DNA from: Candidatus Latescibacterota bacterium
GTDB lineage: Bacteria; Latescibacterota; UBA2968; UBA8231
Assembly: GCA_965217585.1 (NCBI GenBank)
Contig: OZ244561.1
Span: forward strand, 2,688,001 to 2,752,000
DNA: 64,000 bases
Reading direction: 5' to 3'
This document shows positions 19,672 to 29,038 of the stretch, piece by piece (position 1 is the first letter of the stretch; every line of letters starts with the position of its first letter). The position numbers were made by a program, and so were the translations under genes. The notes under the pieces are model-generated. The model was given only the letters and a program-made list of their open reading frames with translations, was not told the origin of the DNA and ran no database searches.

Positions 19672-20121
19672 TCAGGTGCGGCTTTGCAAAAGCGCGGCGA
19701 TTTCGGCGTGGCCCTGTTGCTCGGCCCAAGCCAGCGGGGCCGTCCATGGCGCACCCGCCAGCGGCTCGACCGAAGCCCCGTGCTCCAAGAGCAAAGCGGC
19801 CAGCTTGGCCAAGCCGTAGCGGCAGGCGTGGCCCAGAGGCGTGGACTGGAGTTCGTCGTCGCGGGTTTCCAAGTCGGCACCATAGTCTATGAGCAACTCG
19901 GCGAACGGGAGCTTCTCTGCGTCGGCCCCGGCAGCTAAGAGCGCGGCCACGATCTCGGCGTACCCCTCGCGGGCGGCGAACTGGATCGCCAACTGGCCGT
20001 TTTGGGTGATGGGCTGGCGGGCGAGCAGGGCGTTTTGGGCAAGTATCTCCTCGACTTGGGCCAGATCGCCGGCTTGGGCGGCGTCACACAACTGTTGCAC
20101 GGTCGGCGTTTGCTCGGCCAT
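19672..20121 (-). CDS. ankyrin-repeat protein (possibly internally deleted)
   Basis: AAREGYAEIV..LL.AGAD, STPLGHAC, LL.HGA and APLAWA..GH.EIA; AAAGGA RBS. Confidence 0.8.
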   Translation of the reverse strand: MAEQTPTVQQLCDAAQAGDLAQVEEILAQNALLARQPITQNGQLAIQFAAREGYAEIVAALLAAGADAEKLPFAELLIDYGADLETRDDELQSTPLGHACRYGLAKLAALLLEHGASVEPLAGAPWTAPLAWAEQQGHAEIAALLQSRT

Positions 20122-20212
20122 GGTGCGTTCCTTTCTTTTAGAAGTTTCTGGCGATACTAGTCGGCCGATATAACCGCCGCAAGCGTTTTTTCTACCCTAA
20201 GCAGAGGTGTTG

Positions 20213-20938
20213 ATGTCGTTGATCACTGTCATTGGCCGCGGCCACTCGGGCACGCGCGCCATAGCCCACACTCTCTATGCCAGCGGCGTTTTTATGGGCC
20301 ATACGCTCAATCGCTCGGGCGACAAGGTGCCGCCCCACGCGCTCTACGCCGCCTGTCGGGTCATGGCCAAATACGTCAAGTGGAAAGGTGGCCTAGAGTG
20401 GGATTTCGACGATTTGCACAGCGCGAAAATTGACCCGGAATTCGAGGACTTGATCGGCGAATACCTGCAAGACATTGCGTCCGACCGCTCGGAGCACAAG
20501 GGTTGGAAGCTGCCTGAGACGACGTTGATTTACCCGTGGATTGTGCGGATGTTTCCCGACATCCACTACATTCACTGGATCCGCGATCCGCGCGACAGCA
20601 TCATCGGTGCCCACAAGACCGATGACCTAGCGGATTTCGGCGTCGAGTACGAGCGCACGGACGACATTCGGCGGCGGCGGGCCATTTCGTGGAAATACCA
20701 ATACGAGCTGATGAAGGCCACGCCCAAACCAAAGAAGTGGATGTTGGTGCGGTTCGAGGATTTTGTGCTGAAGCAGGAGGAAGTGTTGCGGGAGTTGGAG
20801 GCGCTTTTGGGGTTTGAGTTGGGACGGATCGTGGTGCGGCCGGAGTCGCTTGGGCGGTGGAAAACGGACCGGGAGCAGCACATGTTTGACTTTTTTAAGG
20901 ATGCCATGGACGAAAACGGATACGGAGAGATGCCATGA
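20213..20938 (+). CDS. sulfotransferase family protein
   Basis: GRGHSGT PAPS-binding loop; GWKLP, IRDPRD and VRFEDF motifs. Confidence 0.75.
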   Translation: MSLITVIGRGHSGTRAIAHTLYASGVFMGHTLNRSGDKVPPHALYAACRVMAKYVKWKGGLEWDFDDLHSAKIDPEFEDLIGEYLQDIASDRSEHKGWKLPETTLIYPWIVRMFPDIHYIHWIRDPRDSIIGAHKTDDLADFGVEYERTDDIRRRRAISWKYQYELMKATPKPKKWMLVRFEDFVLKQEEVLRELEALLGFELGRIVVRPESLGRWKTDREQHMFDFFKDAMDENGYGEMP

Positions 20939-21762
20939 AAATCAGCTTTACGACGTTGGGCTGTCCAGAGTGGGATTTGGATACCATTTGCCGCAGGGGC
21001 CGCGAATACGGCTACGAAGGCGTCGATTTCCGCGGGTTGCAGGAGACGATGGATATTACCCAATTGCCGGCCTTCACCAGCGGAGTCGTCCAGACTCGAC
21101 GCCAGCTAGCAGACGCTGGCATGGAGGTGTCGGGAATTAGCTCCAGCATCCGGGTCTGCGTGCCGGAGAAGCTAGAGGAGAACGTAGAGGAAGCGCGGCG
21201 CTCGATTCCAGTGGCCAATGCGTTGGGCTGCGGAGCGATCCGAGTTTTCGGCGGCGGCGATTCCAAGACCTATTCCAAGGAGGAGCTGGCCGACATCGGG
21301 CGGGAGACGATGGAACAGATCCTCGAATTGGATGGAGCCTGCCAACTCAAGTGGCTTTTTGAGACCCACGACGAGTGGATCAAGGCGGTGGAGTGCAAGC
21401 TGCTGCTCGACCGCATTCCGAACGAGGCGTTCGGCGTACTCTGGGACATGGGTCACACGGCGCGGGTGGGTGAGGAGTCGCCGGCGCAGACCTATGAGGC
21501 AGTGGGGCCGCGCATAGGTTACACCCACGTCAAGGACGCCGTCTATGATCCCGATCACGCCGAGGCGATGAAGGATGGTTGGCGCTACGTACCGCCGGGC
21601 ACGGGCCAATTGCCCTTAGAAGAGGCGATAGCCCTGCTCAAGGGACACGGGTACGACGGCTGGATCATGTTTGAGCACGAGAAGCGCTGGCACCGCGAGC
21701 TGGAGTCGCCGGAGGAGATATTCCCGATCTTTTCGGCTTGGGTCAGACCGTTGCTCGGTTAG
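20935..21762 (+). CDS. sugar phosphate isomerase/epimerase (xylose isomerase-like TIM barrel)
   Basis: FETHD, LWDMGH, HVKD and FEHEKRW motifs. Confidence 0.85.
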   Translation: MKISFTTLGCPEWDLDTICRRGREYGYEGVDFRGLQETMDITQLPAFTSGVVQTRRQLADAGMEVSGISSSIRVCVPEKLEENVEEARRSIPVANALGCGAIRVFGGGDSKTYSKEELADIGRETMEQILELDGACQLKWLFETHDEWIKAVECKLLLDRIPNEAFGVLWDMGHTARVGEESPAQTYEAVGPRIGYTHVKDAVYDPDHAEAMKDGWRYVPPGTGQLPLEEAIALLKGHGYDGWIMFEHEKRWHRELESPEEIFPIFSAWVRPLLG

Positions 21763-21768
21763 CCGGTG

Positions 21769-23070
21769 ATGCAGCTACACTATCCCAAGGTCGCCCTGCA
21801 CGTGCCGACCTTGCTCCTACCGCGAGCAGATATTCCCCTCGAAACTTGGTCAGTCATTGCCTGTGACCAGTACACCTCGCAGCCCGAATACTGGGAGGAA
21901 GTGCGGCGGATTGTCGGAGCCGACCCTTCGACACTATATCTGGTTTTTCCCGAAGCATATCTCGGGTTAGCTGACCGCAAACAGGCCATCGCCGGCATTA
22001 ACCAGCGGATGCAGGCGTATCTCAAAAGCGGCGCACTGGTAGAGCAGCGGCCCGGGTTTATGCTGGTGGAGCGGGAAGTGGGACGCGCCGCACCGCGCAA
22101 AGGGCTGGTCGTCGCCTTGGACCTGGAGCAGTACGACTACCGAGACGGAGCTCAGAAGCTAATCCGCACGACCGAGGGCACCGATCAGAGTCGGCTGCCG
22201 CCCAGAATCCAAGTGCGGGAGAAGGCGTCGCTGGAAACGCCGCATATCATGGTGCTGATCGACGATCCGCAGCAGACGGTGATTGAGCCGCTTGGCGAAG
22301 AAAACCTGAAGCAGGCCTACGATTTCGAGCTGATGTTAGGAGGAGGCCGACTTAGAGGCTGGCATATTGACGACGGGACGTTGATCGACGAAATCGCCGG
22401 GCGCCTTTCCCGCCTCGCGTGCGGCGAGCCACCGCTGATCTACGCGTTGGGCGATGGCAATCACTCCTTCGCCACAGCGCGCGCCGTCTGGGAGCGGCTC
22501 AAGGCGGAGGCGGCAGACGAGTGCCAGATAATGCATCACCCGGTCTTGGCCGAACTAGTCAATGTCCACGACGAGGGGTTGGAGTTTGCGCCAATCCATC
22601 GGGTGATTTTTGGAGTAGATGCGGCCGATCTCTTGCGGGCAATGGAGACACACTGCACAGAGTGGGGATTTAGCCATCGGACCTTCACTGATCGGGATCG
22701 ATGGGAGACCGCCTGTCGCGAAGCGGCCGTCGGCCCGGGGCACCACATTCCCTATATAAGCGAGACAGAGCGCGGCCTGTTGAATATCGCCAGACCCAAC
22801 TTCCAGCTCGAAGTAGCGTCCTTGCAGGCCTTTTTGGACCGCTATCTCGACGCGCATCCCCGCGCCCGTCTCGACTATATTCACGGCGATGATGTGCTAG
22901 AGAAGCTGACTGCGGAGCCGGACAGCGTCGGCTTCTTGCTGCCGGCGAGGGACAAGCGCGATTTGTTCAAGACGATCATCATGGACGGGGCCACGCCGCG
23001 CAAGACGTTCTCGCTGGGCGAGGCTGAAGAGAAGCGCTACTACTTGGAGTGTCGGCGGTTGGTGCCGTGA
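21769..23070 (+). CDS. DUF1015 family protein
   Basis: WSVIACDQYTS, IR.TEGT, GDGNHS.ATA and PRKTFS.G.A.EKRYYLE. Confidence 0.88.
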   Translation: MQLHYPKVALHVPTLLLPRADIPLETWSVIACDQYTSQPEYWEEVRRIVGADPSTLYLVFPEAYLGLADRKQAIAGINQRMQAYLKSGALVEQRPGFMLVEREVGRAAPRKGLVVALDLEQYDYRDGAQKLIRTTEGTDQSRLPPRIQVREKASLETPHIMVLIDDPQQTVIEPLGEENLKQAYDFELMLGGGRLRGWHIDDGTLIDEIAGRLSRLACGEPPLIYALGDGNHSFATARAVWERLKAEAADECQIMHHPVLAELVNVHDEGLEFAPIHRVIFGVDAADLLRAMETHCTEWGFSHRTFTDRDRWETACREAAVGPGHHIPYISETERGLLNIARPNFQLEVASLQAFLDRYLDAHPRARLDYIHGDDVLEKLTAEPDSVGFLLPARDKRDLFKTIIMDGATPRKTFSLGEAEEKRYYLECRRLVP

Positions 23071-23074
23071 GCGT

Positions 23075-23140
23075 TGCGGCCCCAATGCGGCCCTCATGCG
23101 GCCCCAATTCTGAGGCCGGACTGCACGGAGGCCGGACTGC
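23075..23140. repeat. short tandem repeats between convergent genes
   Basis: TGCGGCCCCAA / TGCGGCCCTCA / TGCGGCCCCAA (3 x 11 bp, 23075-23107), then GAGGCCGGACTGC x2 (23112-23124, 23128-23140). Confidence 0.7.
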
Positions 23141-23145
23141 TGGGC

Positions 23146-24000
23146 CTACCCGGAGTAATCGTATTTACGATTGCGGCTGATATAGTCGATCGGCCCATCG
23201 ACAAATTCAGCTACCGTCTCCAACGCACTATCTGCAAACAGTTCTTCCGTCCCCTTGGGAAACAGCAGCGGCTTCCCTGTGTGCCACCAGCGCGCCCAGT
23301 GGATCATGGCGATCATCGGGCGGGGCTGGTTGCTGAGGTTGGGCATGCCGCGATGCCAGAGGCGCATGTCGCGGACCAGCACGCTGCCGGCGGGCACGTT
23401 CGGCTGCAGGGGTTTGCACTCGTCGCGGAGGCGTTCTTCGATTGCGGGTGGCAGCTTGATGTCGCCGTCGTTGAGGGCGCGGGTGGTGTCTAGGTGGGTG
23501 CCGGGCCACAGTTCGGTGCTGCCGTTTGCGGGCGTGGCATCGACGACGGGCACATTGACGACGATGCCGTAGGCCGGCGTCGCCACTTCGAGATTGGGCC
23601 ACAGCTGACCCGCGTCAACGTGGAGGGGTTGCTGAGTGGTGTTGGGTAGGCAGGTGTTGCCGCTGTAGAAGGCGTTTTTGACGCCCTCGCCGAGTACAGC
23701 TTGAGTTATTTCGACGACGAGGTCGTTGGCCAGCACGTCGCGGAAGAGGTACGGCGGAAAGGGCGGCGGGTCTTGCTGTAGGTGGCCGTCGTTAAACTGA
23801 TAGGGGACGTCGGCGAGGGCGAGAATCTCTTCGACATCGGCGAGCATGCGCTCGCGCAACATTTCGATATGGGCGGGATCAATGGCGCGATGGAGGACGA
23901 CGAAGCCAGAGTCGTGCAGGGCGGCGACGGCCTGTTGCAGGTGCTCCGGTTTTAGCTTGCGCGCGCTGTGTTCGGCCTCACTCAATTCCAATTCGACCAT
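23146..24000 (-). CDS. phytanoyl-CoA dioxygenase (PhyH) family protein
   Basis: QPLHVD, NGSTELWPGTH and LWHRG motifs. Start placed at ATG 24000 (MVELELSE), just downstream of the stop of the upstream gene. Confidence 0.85.
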   Translation of the reverse strand: MVELELSEAEHSARKLKPEHLQQAVAALHDSGFVVLHRAIDPAHIEMLRERMLADVEEILALADVPYQFNDGHLQQDPPPFPPYLFRDVLANDLVVEITQAVLGEGVKNAFYSGNTCLPNTTQQPLHVDAGQLWPNLEVATPAYGIVVNVPVVDATPANGSTELWPGTHLDTTRALNDGDIKLPPAIEERLRDECKPLQPNVPAGSVLVRDMRLWHRGMPNLSNQPRPMIAMIHWARWWHTGKPLLFPKGTEELFADSALETVAEFVDGPIDYISRNRKYDYSG

Positions 24001-24005
24001 AGCGT

Positions 24006-24995
24006 TCAGGCGCAGGTGGGGTCTTCGAACGGCCAGCGATTGAAGGAGGGCAGGTTTTCGCCAGTCAGCCTTTCGCGTGCGTCGTACCACGATTGTGCCC
24101 AAGCTTCTGGGTCGCGCAGTTCGCTTGGGGGATATTTGCGGCTGCGAGCGACAAAGCCGGGGAAGAGCGGCCGGCCGGTGGGCTGACCGGTGGGGCTGTA
24201 GCGGAGGTCGAAGCTGATCCGCACCTGCTCGCTGACGTTGGGTAGCGACGAATGGCAGGTCTGCCGGTGCATGAAGAGGACATCGCCGCGCTTCGTTTCG
24301 GCGGTGACGACGCGGTCGAGGGCTAGATCTTGGTCTCGGATAAAGTGGCCGACGCCCTTGAATAAGCAGTGGTGCAATAGTCCGTCGCGGTGGCTGCCGG
24401 AGACGACTTCGATGCAGCCGTGCTCGCGGAAAGCGTTGGTCAGCGGCACCCACACGGTGAGCATGTCGGTCTCGTCGGCCTCGGGCAGCACCACGCCGTT
24501 GTCCTGATGCCAAGGCGTGGCACCGACGGCGAAGCCAGCGATGCGGCCGTGGTGGTCTTTGGGTATGCCGGGTAAGTACTGTTCGGGTGGTTTGATGCGG
24601 ATGTGCTGGACGGGGTTGGAGTAGATTTCCGGGCCGATGAGGTTTTCGATGATGTCGAGGAGCTTTTCGTTGCGCAGCATCGCGAAGGTGGCGGGGCCGA
24701 CGGCAATGGGCGAGTCGGTGCAGATGCCGCCTTGGGGTAGCGAGATGTCGAAGTGCTGGGCGTGAACTTGGCTGGTTTCGTTGTAGATCTGGCAGAGGCG
24801 CTCGTCAAAGCCGAGGTCGGCGTAGGTGGAGGCGATCTGACCCGCGGCGAGAAGCTCGTTGGCAAGGTTGTCGAGGACTTCGTCGTATTCGGCCAAGACG
24901 GGATCGATGTCGGTGGTGGGGTCGAGGAGGTCTTCGACGAGGACGAAGCCGTGCTCGCGGTAGTGGCCGAGTTGGGATGGGGTTAGTTGGGGCAT
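24006..24995 (-). CDS. phytanoyl-CoA dioxygenase (PhyH) family protein
   Basis: PWHQD, GC.EVV.GSH and HSSLPN...RISFDLRY; start MPQLTPSQ. Confidence 0.88.
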   Translation of the reverse strand: MPQLTPSQLGHYREHGFVLVEDLLDPTTDIDPVLAEYDEVLDNLANELLAAGQIASTYADLGFDERLCQIYNETSQVHAQHFDISLPQGGICTDSPIAVGPATFAMLRNEKLLDIIENLIGPEIYSNPVQHIRIKPPEQYLPGIPKDHHGRIAGFAVGATPWHQDNGVVLPEADETDMLTVWVPLTNAFREHGCIEVVSGSHRDGLLHHCLFKGVGHFIRDQDLALDRVVTAETKRGDVLFMHRQTCHSSLPNVSEQVRISFDLRYSPTGQPTGRPLFPGFVARSRKYPPSELRDPEAWAQSWYDARERLTGENLPSFNRWPFEDPTCA

Positions 24996-25010
24996 AGATT
25001 GGATTCCTAT

Positions 25011-25085
25011 TTGATGCGTCATCGCGCCCTCGGCGTATTGGACGAAGGCGATATCGTGTAGTTATGGATTGGTTCTAATCACTGA
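25011..25085 (+). pseudogene. remnant of a ParE/RelE-like toxin C-terminus
   Basis: Reads LMRHRALGVLDEGDIV*LWIGSNH*, resembling the YRALG....I.WFWIGSH tail of ParE-like toxins, with TAG at the expected Trp. Confidence 0.5.
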
Positions 25086-25099
25086 GCGAGAGGTGTCGA

Positions 25100-25338
25100 T
25101 CAGATACGAAGGCGACAGTTCATCTGCTCTGTGGCCGAGAATTCATGCTCAATTTCCTGAAGTTCCTTTTGGATTTCAGGATCAGCGGCCATTTTACTTA
25201 ATTGAGCGTCTATATCAGTTTTACCAGAAATATCAGTTCGTATCCGGTGGCTCACTCGCTCAATAAGCAGCAATTGCTCATCTAAAGACAAACGACGGAT
25301 GTTTTCTTTAATTCAGTAAGAAGAGATGGCGCAGACAT
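25100..25338 (-). pseudogene. frameshifted small antitoxin-like protein
   Basis: AGGAGG RBS and ATG at 25338 (MSAPSLLTEL). A one-base shift restores ENIRRLSLDEQLLLIERVSH...MAADPEIQKELQEI. Confidence 0.55.
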
Positions 25339-25510
25339 CTCGTTCCTCCTTGATAGATTGCTCATTTGGGATAATCGAAAGTACGACAAAGATCTCTTGA
25401 AGGTCAAGAAACTCCCCATCGTTGCCATCCTTGGCAACCCCACCCTGCTTGCACCAACGTGTAACAGGTCCATTTACGCTAACGTTCCTTTACCCTGATT
25501 GGAGTCCGCC

Positions 25511-26734
25511 ATGAAACTCAATCGCGACGAATTTCTGGAAACCGGCTACCTCATCGTCAAGGAAGCCGTGCCACGCGACAAACTTGAAAGCGTCCGGCAG
25601 GCGTACGAAACGCTCGTCAACCGCCAGCGCGAAAACTGGAAGGCCGAGCGCGCGGAAAATGATCCACCCGGGGGCGTCTGGGAGACCGCGGCGCAGCCCC
25701 GCCTGCAACTCTCAAGGTCACCGCTCGTCAATCAGATTGACCCGGAGACCGCGCCGGCGGTCGAGGTATGGCTTGAAGAGAACATCCATGGGGTCAGCAC
25801 AGAGCTCCTCAATATAGCGGACGGGGCCGTCACAGAGATGATGATGATGTGCAATCCTGTCAGAGATCACGGCCCGGCAAGGTGGCACCGCGATCTCCAT
25901 CCGATCGACACCGCGCCGCTTCAGGGCTATATCAACGACATCCTCGAAGGAGGCCCGCGCTACGTCCAATGGAACATCTCGCTTTACGACGACAGCGTCC
26001 TTTGGGTGGTGCCGGGCAGCCATCTGCGGCGGAACACGCCCGCAGAGAACGAGGTGATGTTGGCAGATCCCCGCTGCCCGCTGCCCAATGGCGTGCAGAC
26101 CCATCTCGGAGCTGGCGACGGCGTGGTCTATATCCTCCCGATCCTCCACTGGGGCAGCAACTACAGTCCGAAAATGCGGCGAACCGTGCACGGTGGTTTC
26201 TCGAACTATAATTCAATCGACGAACTCTCGTTTACCGAGCATATCTCCACAGACGCACAGGCGGCGTTCGCGCGCTGGAACGACCGCAGCGAGAAGATGA
26301 AGCAGCACACGGAATCGGCTCTGCGGGCCGTTCTCTCGGGAGATGGTGCCGCGTATCTAGGTGCCCTAGACAGTCTTCATCCAGAGCGGGCCGAGAAAGG
26401 CAGAATGCTGTCAACGGTCTTTCTCTGCAAGGCAGCGCTGGCGATTCGGCTGCATAAGGATCCACCGCTGCGTGGAATCGCCGAAGACCTCCGAGGTCGC
26501 GTTCTGGGGAAGCACCCCATCACGCTCAACTGGGGGCCGAAGTTCGCCGATCAATTCACCTCGGATGAGGCGCGATTGCTTTGGGATGGCTTCAGTCCGC
26601 TTGAGGCCCTGCTCCAAGCGGACGAGGAACACTTTGTGCCGGGATTCCAGGCCATCCCGATGAAGCACCACTTCAACGAGATGCCCGCGGACTACAGCAC
26701 GGCGGACTTCATCGCCAGTTGGACGGCCACGTGA
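25511..26734 (+). CDS. phytanoyl-CoA dioxygenase (PhyH) family protein with C-terminal extension
   Basis: F.E.GYLIVK, WHRD, LWVVPGSH and LHWGSNY..RRT; GGAG RBS. Confidence 0.85.
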   Translation: MKLNRDEFLETGYLIVKEAVPRDKLESVRQAYETLVNRQRENWKAERAENDPPGGVWETAAQPRLQLSRSPLVNQIDPETAPAVEVWLEENIHGVSTELLNIADGAVTEMMMMCNPVRDHGPARWHRDLHPIDTAPLQGYINDILEGGPRYVQWNISLYDDSVLWVVPGSHLRRNTPAENEVMLADPRCPLPNGVQTHLGAGDGVVYILPILHWGSNYSPKMRRTVHGGFSNYNSIDELSFTEHISTDAQAAFARWNDRSEKMKQHTESALRAVLSGDGAAYLGALDSLHPERAEKGRMLSTVFLCKAALAIRLHKDPPLRGIAEDLRGRVLGKHPITLNWGPKFADQFTSDEARLLWDGFSPLEALLQADEEHFVPGFQAIPMKHHFNEMPADYSTADFIASWTAT

Positions 26735-26790
26735 TCCGACCGTAGTTCCGTCGATAGAGACCAGCAACCTCAACCGGGAGATAAACAAAA

Positions 26791-27810
26791 ATGAGCCAAC
26801 TCAGCATCGGCGTCGCCGGACTTGGTCACGGCAGAACGCTGCTTGGTGCCAACCAGCCGGAAAACAGCGCTTTGCCGGTCCGCGTCGCCGCCCTGTGCGA
26901 TAAACAGCAGGACAAGCTCGAAGCGCTCGGCCGCGAATTCGGGATCGACGCCCTGACATCTGATTTCGACGAACTAGTCGCGCGCAGCGACCTCGACATC
27001 ATCGGCATTTACACGCCTGGACCGCTCCACGCGCAGCAGATCCTGACCGCGCTCGACGCGGGCAAGCACGTGATGGTCACTAAGTCGATGGTGTACACGA
27101 TGGAAGAAGTGGAGCAGGTTGTGGAAGCTGTTGACAGATCCGGCAAGGTGCTGCTCGTCACGCAGAGTCTGCGCGGGAGGTATGACTTCATCGAAGCGAA
27201 GCGCGCCTGCGATGCCGGAGAAATCGGCGAACTCTTCATGGCCGAAGCCCACTACGTTCACGATCTCCGCCCGGTCTATGACTACTCCCCTTGGCGGGTT
27301 GAGATGCCGCAAGACCTGATCTTGGGCGGTGCCTGCCACCCAATTGACCTTCTGCGCTGGTTCATGGGCGACATCGACGAAGTCCACTGTTACGGGCTGC
27401 GCAGCGGCGTCGCACCGGACTATCCCCAGGAGGACAACTTCGTCATCAACGCAAAGTTCACATCTGGAAAGATCGGACGCATTGCGAACTTCCTCGGCAT
27501 CGTACATCCGCATGAAGTCCCGATGAACAGTCTGGCCGTTTACGGAACCCGTGGCTCAATTCTCAACGGCGCAAAGAGCCTCGATCCAACCGGCGATCTG
27601 CCTTCGCGCAAGGTCACCGCCGAGTTTTCATCCATGCGGGGCCACGCCAGCGAGATGATCGTCATGCTGCGGCACATGGCAGATTGTGTCCTGAACGGCA
27701 CGAAGCCCTGGGTCGGCGTTCGAGAAGGGGCCAAGGTCGTCGCCACAGGGCTTGCGTGTTGGGCCTCCGTTAGATCGGGGATGCCGGAGAAAGTGCGGAA
27801 TGACTTCTGA
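26791..27810 (+). CDS. Gfo/Idh/MocA family oxidoreductase
   Basis: GVAGLGHG, AGKHVMVTK and GACHPIDLLRW motifs. Confidence 0.88.
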   Translation: MSQLSIGVAGLGHGRTLLGANQPENSALPVRVAALCDKQQDKLEALGREFGIDALTSDFDELVARSDLDIIGIYTPGPLHAQQILTALDAGKHVMVTKSMVYTMEEVEQVVEAVDRSGKVLLVTQSLRGRYDFIEAKRACDAGEIGELFMAEAHYVHDLRPVYDYSPWRVEMPQDLILGGACHPIDLLRWFMGDIDEVHCYGLRSGVAPDYPQEDNFVINAKFTSGKIGRIANFLGIVHPHEVPMNSLAVYGTRGSILNGAKSLDPTGDLPSRKVTAEFSSMRGHASEMIVMLRHMADCVLNGTKPWVGVREGAKVVATGLACWASVRSGMPEKVRNDF

Positions 27811-27833
27811 TTCGCTGTAGATGGGAGGCTTGC

Positions 27834-28823
27834 ATGCCCGTTTGTATTCCCAAAGACGCCAAGCGCATCATGCCGGATCTGTTGCGCGATTTTACTACTG
27901 AAGTGCTGCGCAAAGTCCACTTGCCCGATGGCGATGCTGCGTTGATTGCGCGCTATCTGGTGGATGTGGATTTGCGCGGGGTGGTCTCCCACGGCACGCG
28001 CCAGTTGCAACGGTATGTGGCTGAGTTTCGCGAGGGGCGCATTAACCCACATCCCGAGATTGCCCAAGTCATGGATGCCCCTTCCATGGCGATTTTTGAC
28101 GGCGATGGCGGTGCGGGTTACTTGGTGGCAACGCGGGCGACAGAGGCGGTCATTGAAAAAGCGAAAGCAAATGGCATCGCCGTTGCGTGTACGCGCAATC
28201 ACGGGCATGTGGGCAGCGTGGGAATTTATGCGCGGTTGGCACTGGTACGCGATTTGGCAACCTTTTCCGTGGCAGGGGGTGTCGCTTGGGAAAAACCGAC
28301 GAGCCCCGATGCAACAGTATGGGATGCGATGGGTGCCCCTCCGATGTGTTTTGGCATTCCAACGGCAGAAGGCCCGCCGTTTGTGCTGGATATGAATGCG
28401 AATATGTTGAAGGACCGCAGCAAACTCCCCGAAGCATTGCAGACATTTCCAGATTTTGTTTTCAAGAGTTTGGGAATGCGATTTACATCGTGGTTTTTGG
28501 CGGGCATTTTAGCGGGCACGGCGACCCCTGAATCGCGCAAACCAAAGTTTTCAAGTGCCACGCGGGCATTTACGATGGTGGCGATTGACGTGGCGCGGTT
28601 GGGCGATTTGGAGGCTTATAAGGCAGAGCTTGCTCGCATTTTGCGCGAGAGCCGGTCGCTGAACCCCATGCCGGGACTGGCAAGTGCCGAAGTCCCCGGC
28701 AGCTTGGAGTGGCAACGCGAACGAGCACGCGAGCAAAGCGGGATCCCACTGACTGAAGCATATCTCGACATGTTGCAGCGCATTGCCACAGAGATCAATG
28801 TGCCCGTTCCCTGGGAGTCATAG
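27834..28823 (+). CDS. Ldh_2 family (malate/L-lactate/ureidoglycolate dehydrogenase-like) oxidoreductase
   Basis: DLRGV.SHG, DGDGG.G, RNHGHVG and C-terminal VPG.LE..R.....GIPL. Confidence 0.85.
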   Translation: MPVCIPKDAKRIMPDLLRDFTTEVLRKVHLPDGDAALIARYLVDVDLRGVVSHGTRQLQRYVAEFREGRINPHPEIAQVMDAPSMAIFDGDGGAGYLVATRATEAVIEKAKANGIAVACTRNHGHVGSVGIYARLALVRDLATFSVAGGVAWEKPTSPDATVWDAMGAPPMCFGIPTAEGPPFVLDMNANMLKDRSKLPEALQTFPDFVFKSLGMRFTSWFLAGILAGTATPESRKPKFSSATRAFTMVAIDVARLGDLEAYKAELARILRESRSLNPMPGLASAEVPGSLEWQRERAREQSGIPLTEAYLDMLQRIATEINVPVPWES

Positions 28824-28859
28824 TGGGCGATAACACGGCGATGCGAAGGTCGGTTCTGC

Positions 28860-28967
28860 GTGGTCGGCTTCGGCGGAAGTGAGGGCTGCATGGTCAACGG
28901 CGAGAATCTCCAGCGCGGATCGTAGCTACCCTTCAAAGGCGAGTACGCGCAGCGGAATGGCTGGGCG
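28860..28967. repeat. degenerate copy of 40197-40299 (PhyH 5' end plus cyclase 3' end); left boundary of the island
   Basis: GTGGTCGGCTTCGGCGG...CTACCCTTCAAAGGCGAGTACGCGCAGCGGAATGGC aligns directly with 40197-40299. Confidence 0.85.
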
Positions 28968-29038
28968 GACGGAGTGAGGAAGTGGATTGATCGGAAAACG
29001 GATATGGTCCAAATCACTGTTGTAGATGAGGAAATATT

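Noticed and set aside
23146-24513. 455-aa ORF from the ORF track
   Set aside because: Its N-terminal part overlaps the real PhyH gene 24006-24995 in another frame and is low-complexity. The gene most likely starts at ATG 24000.
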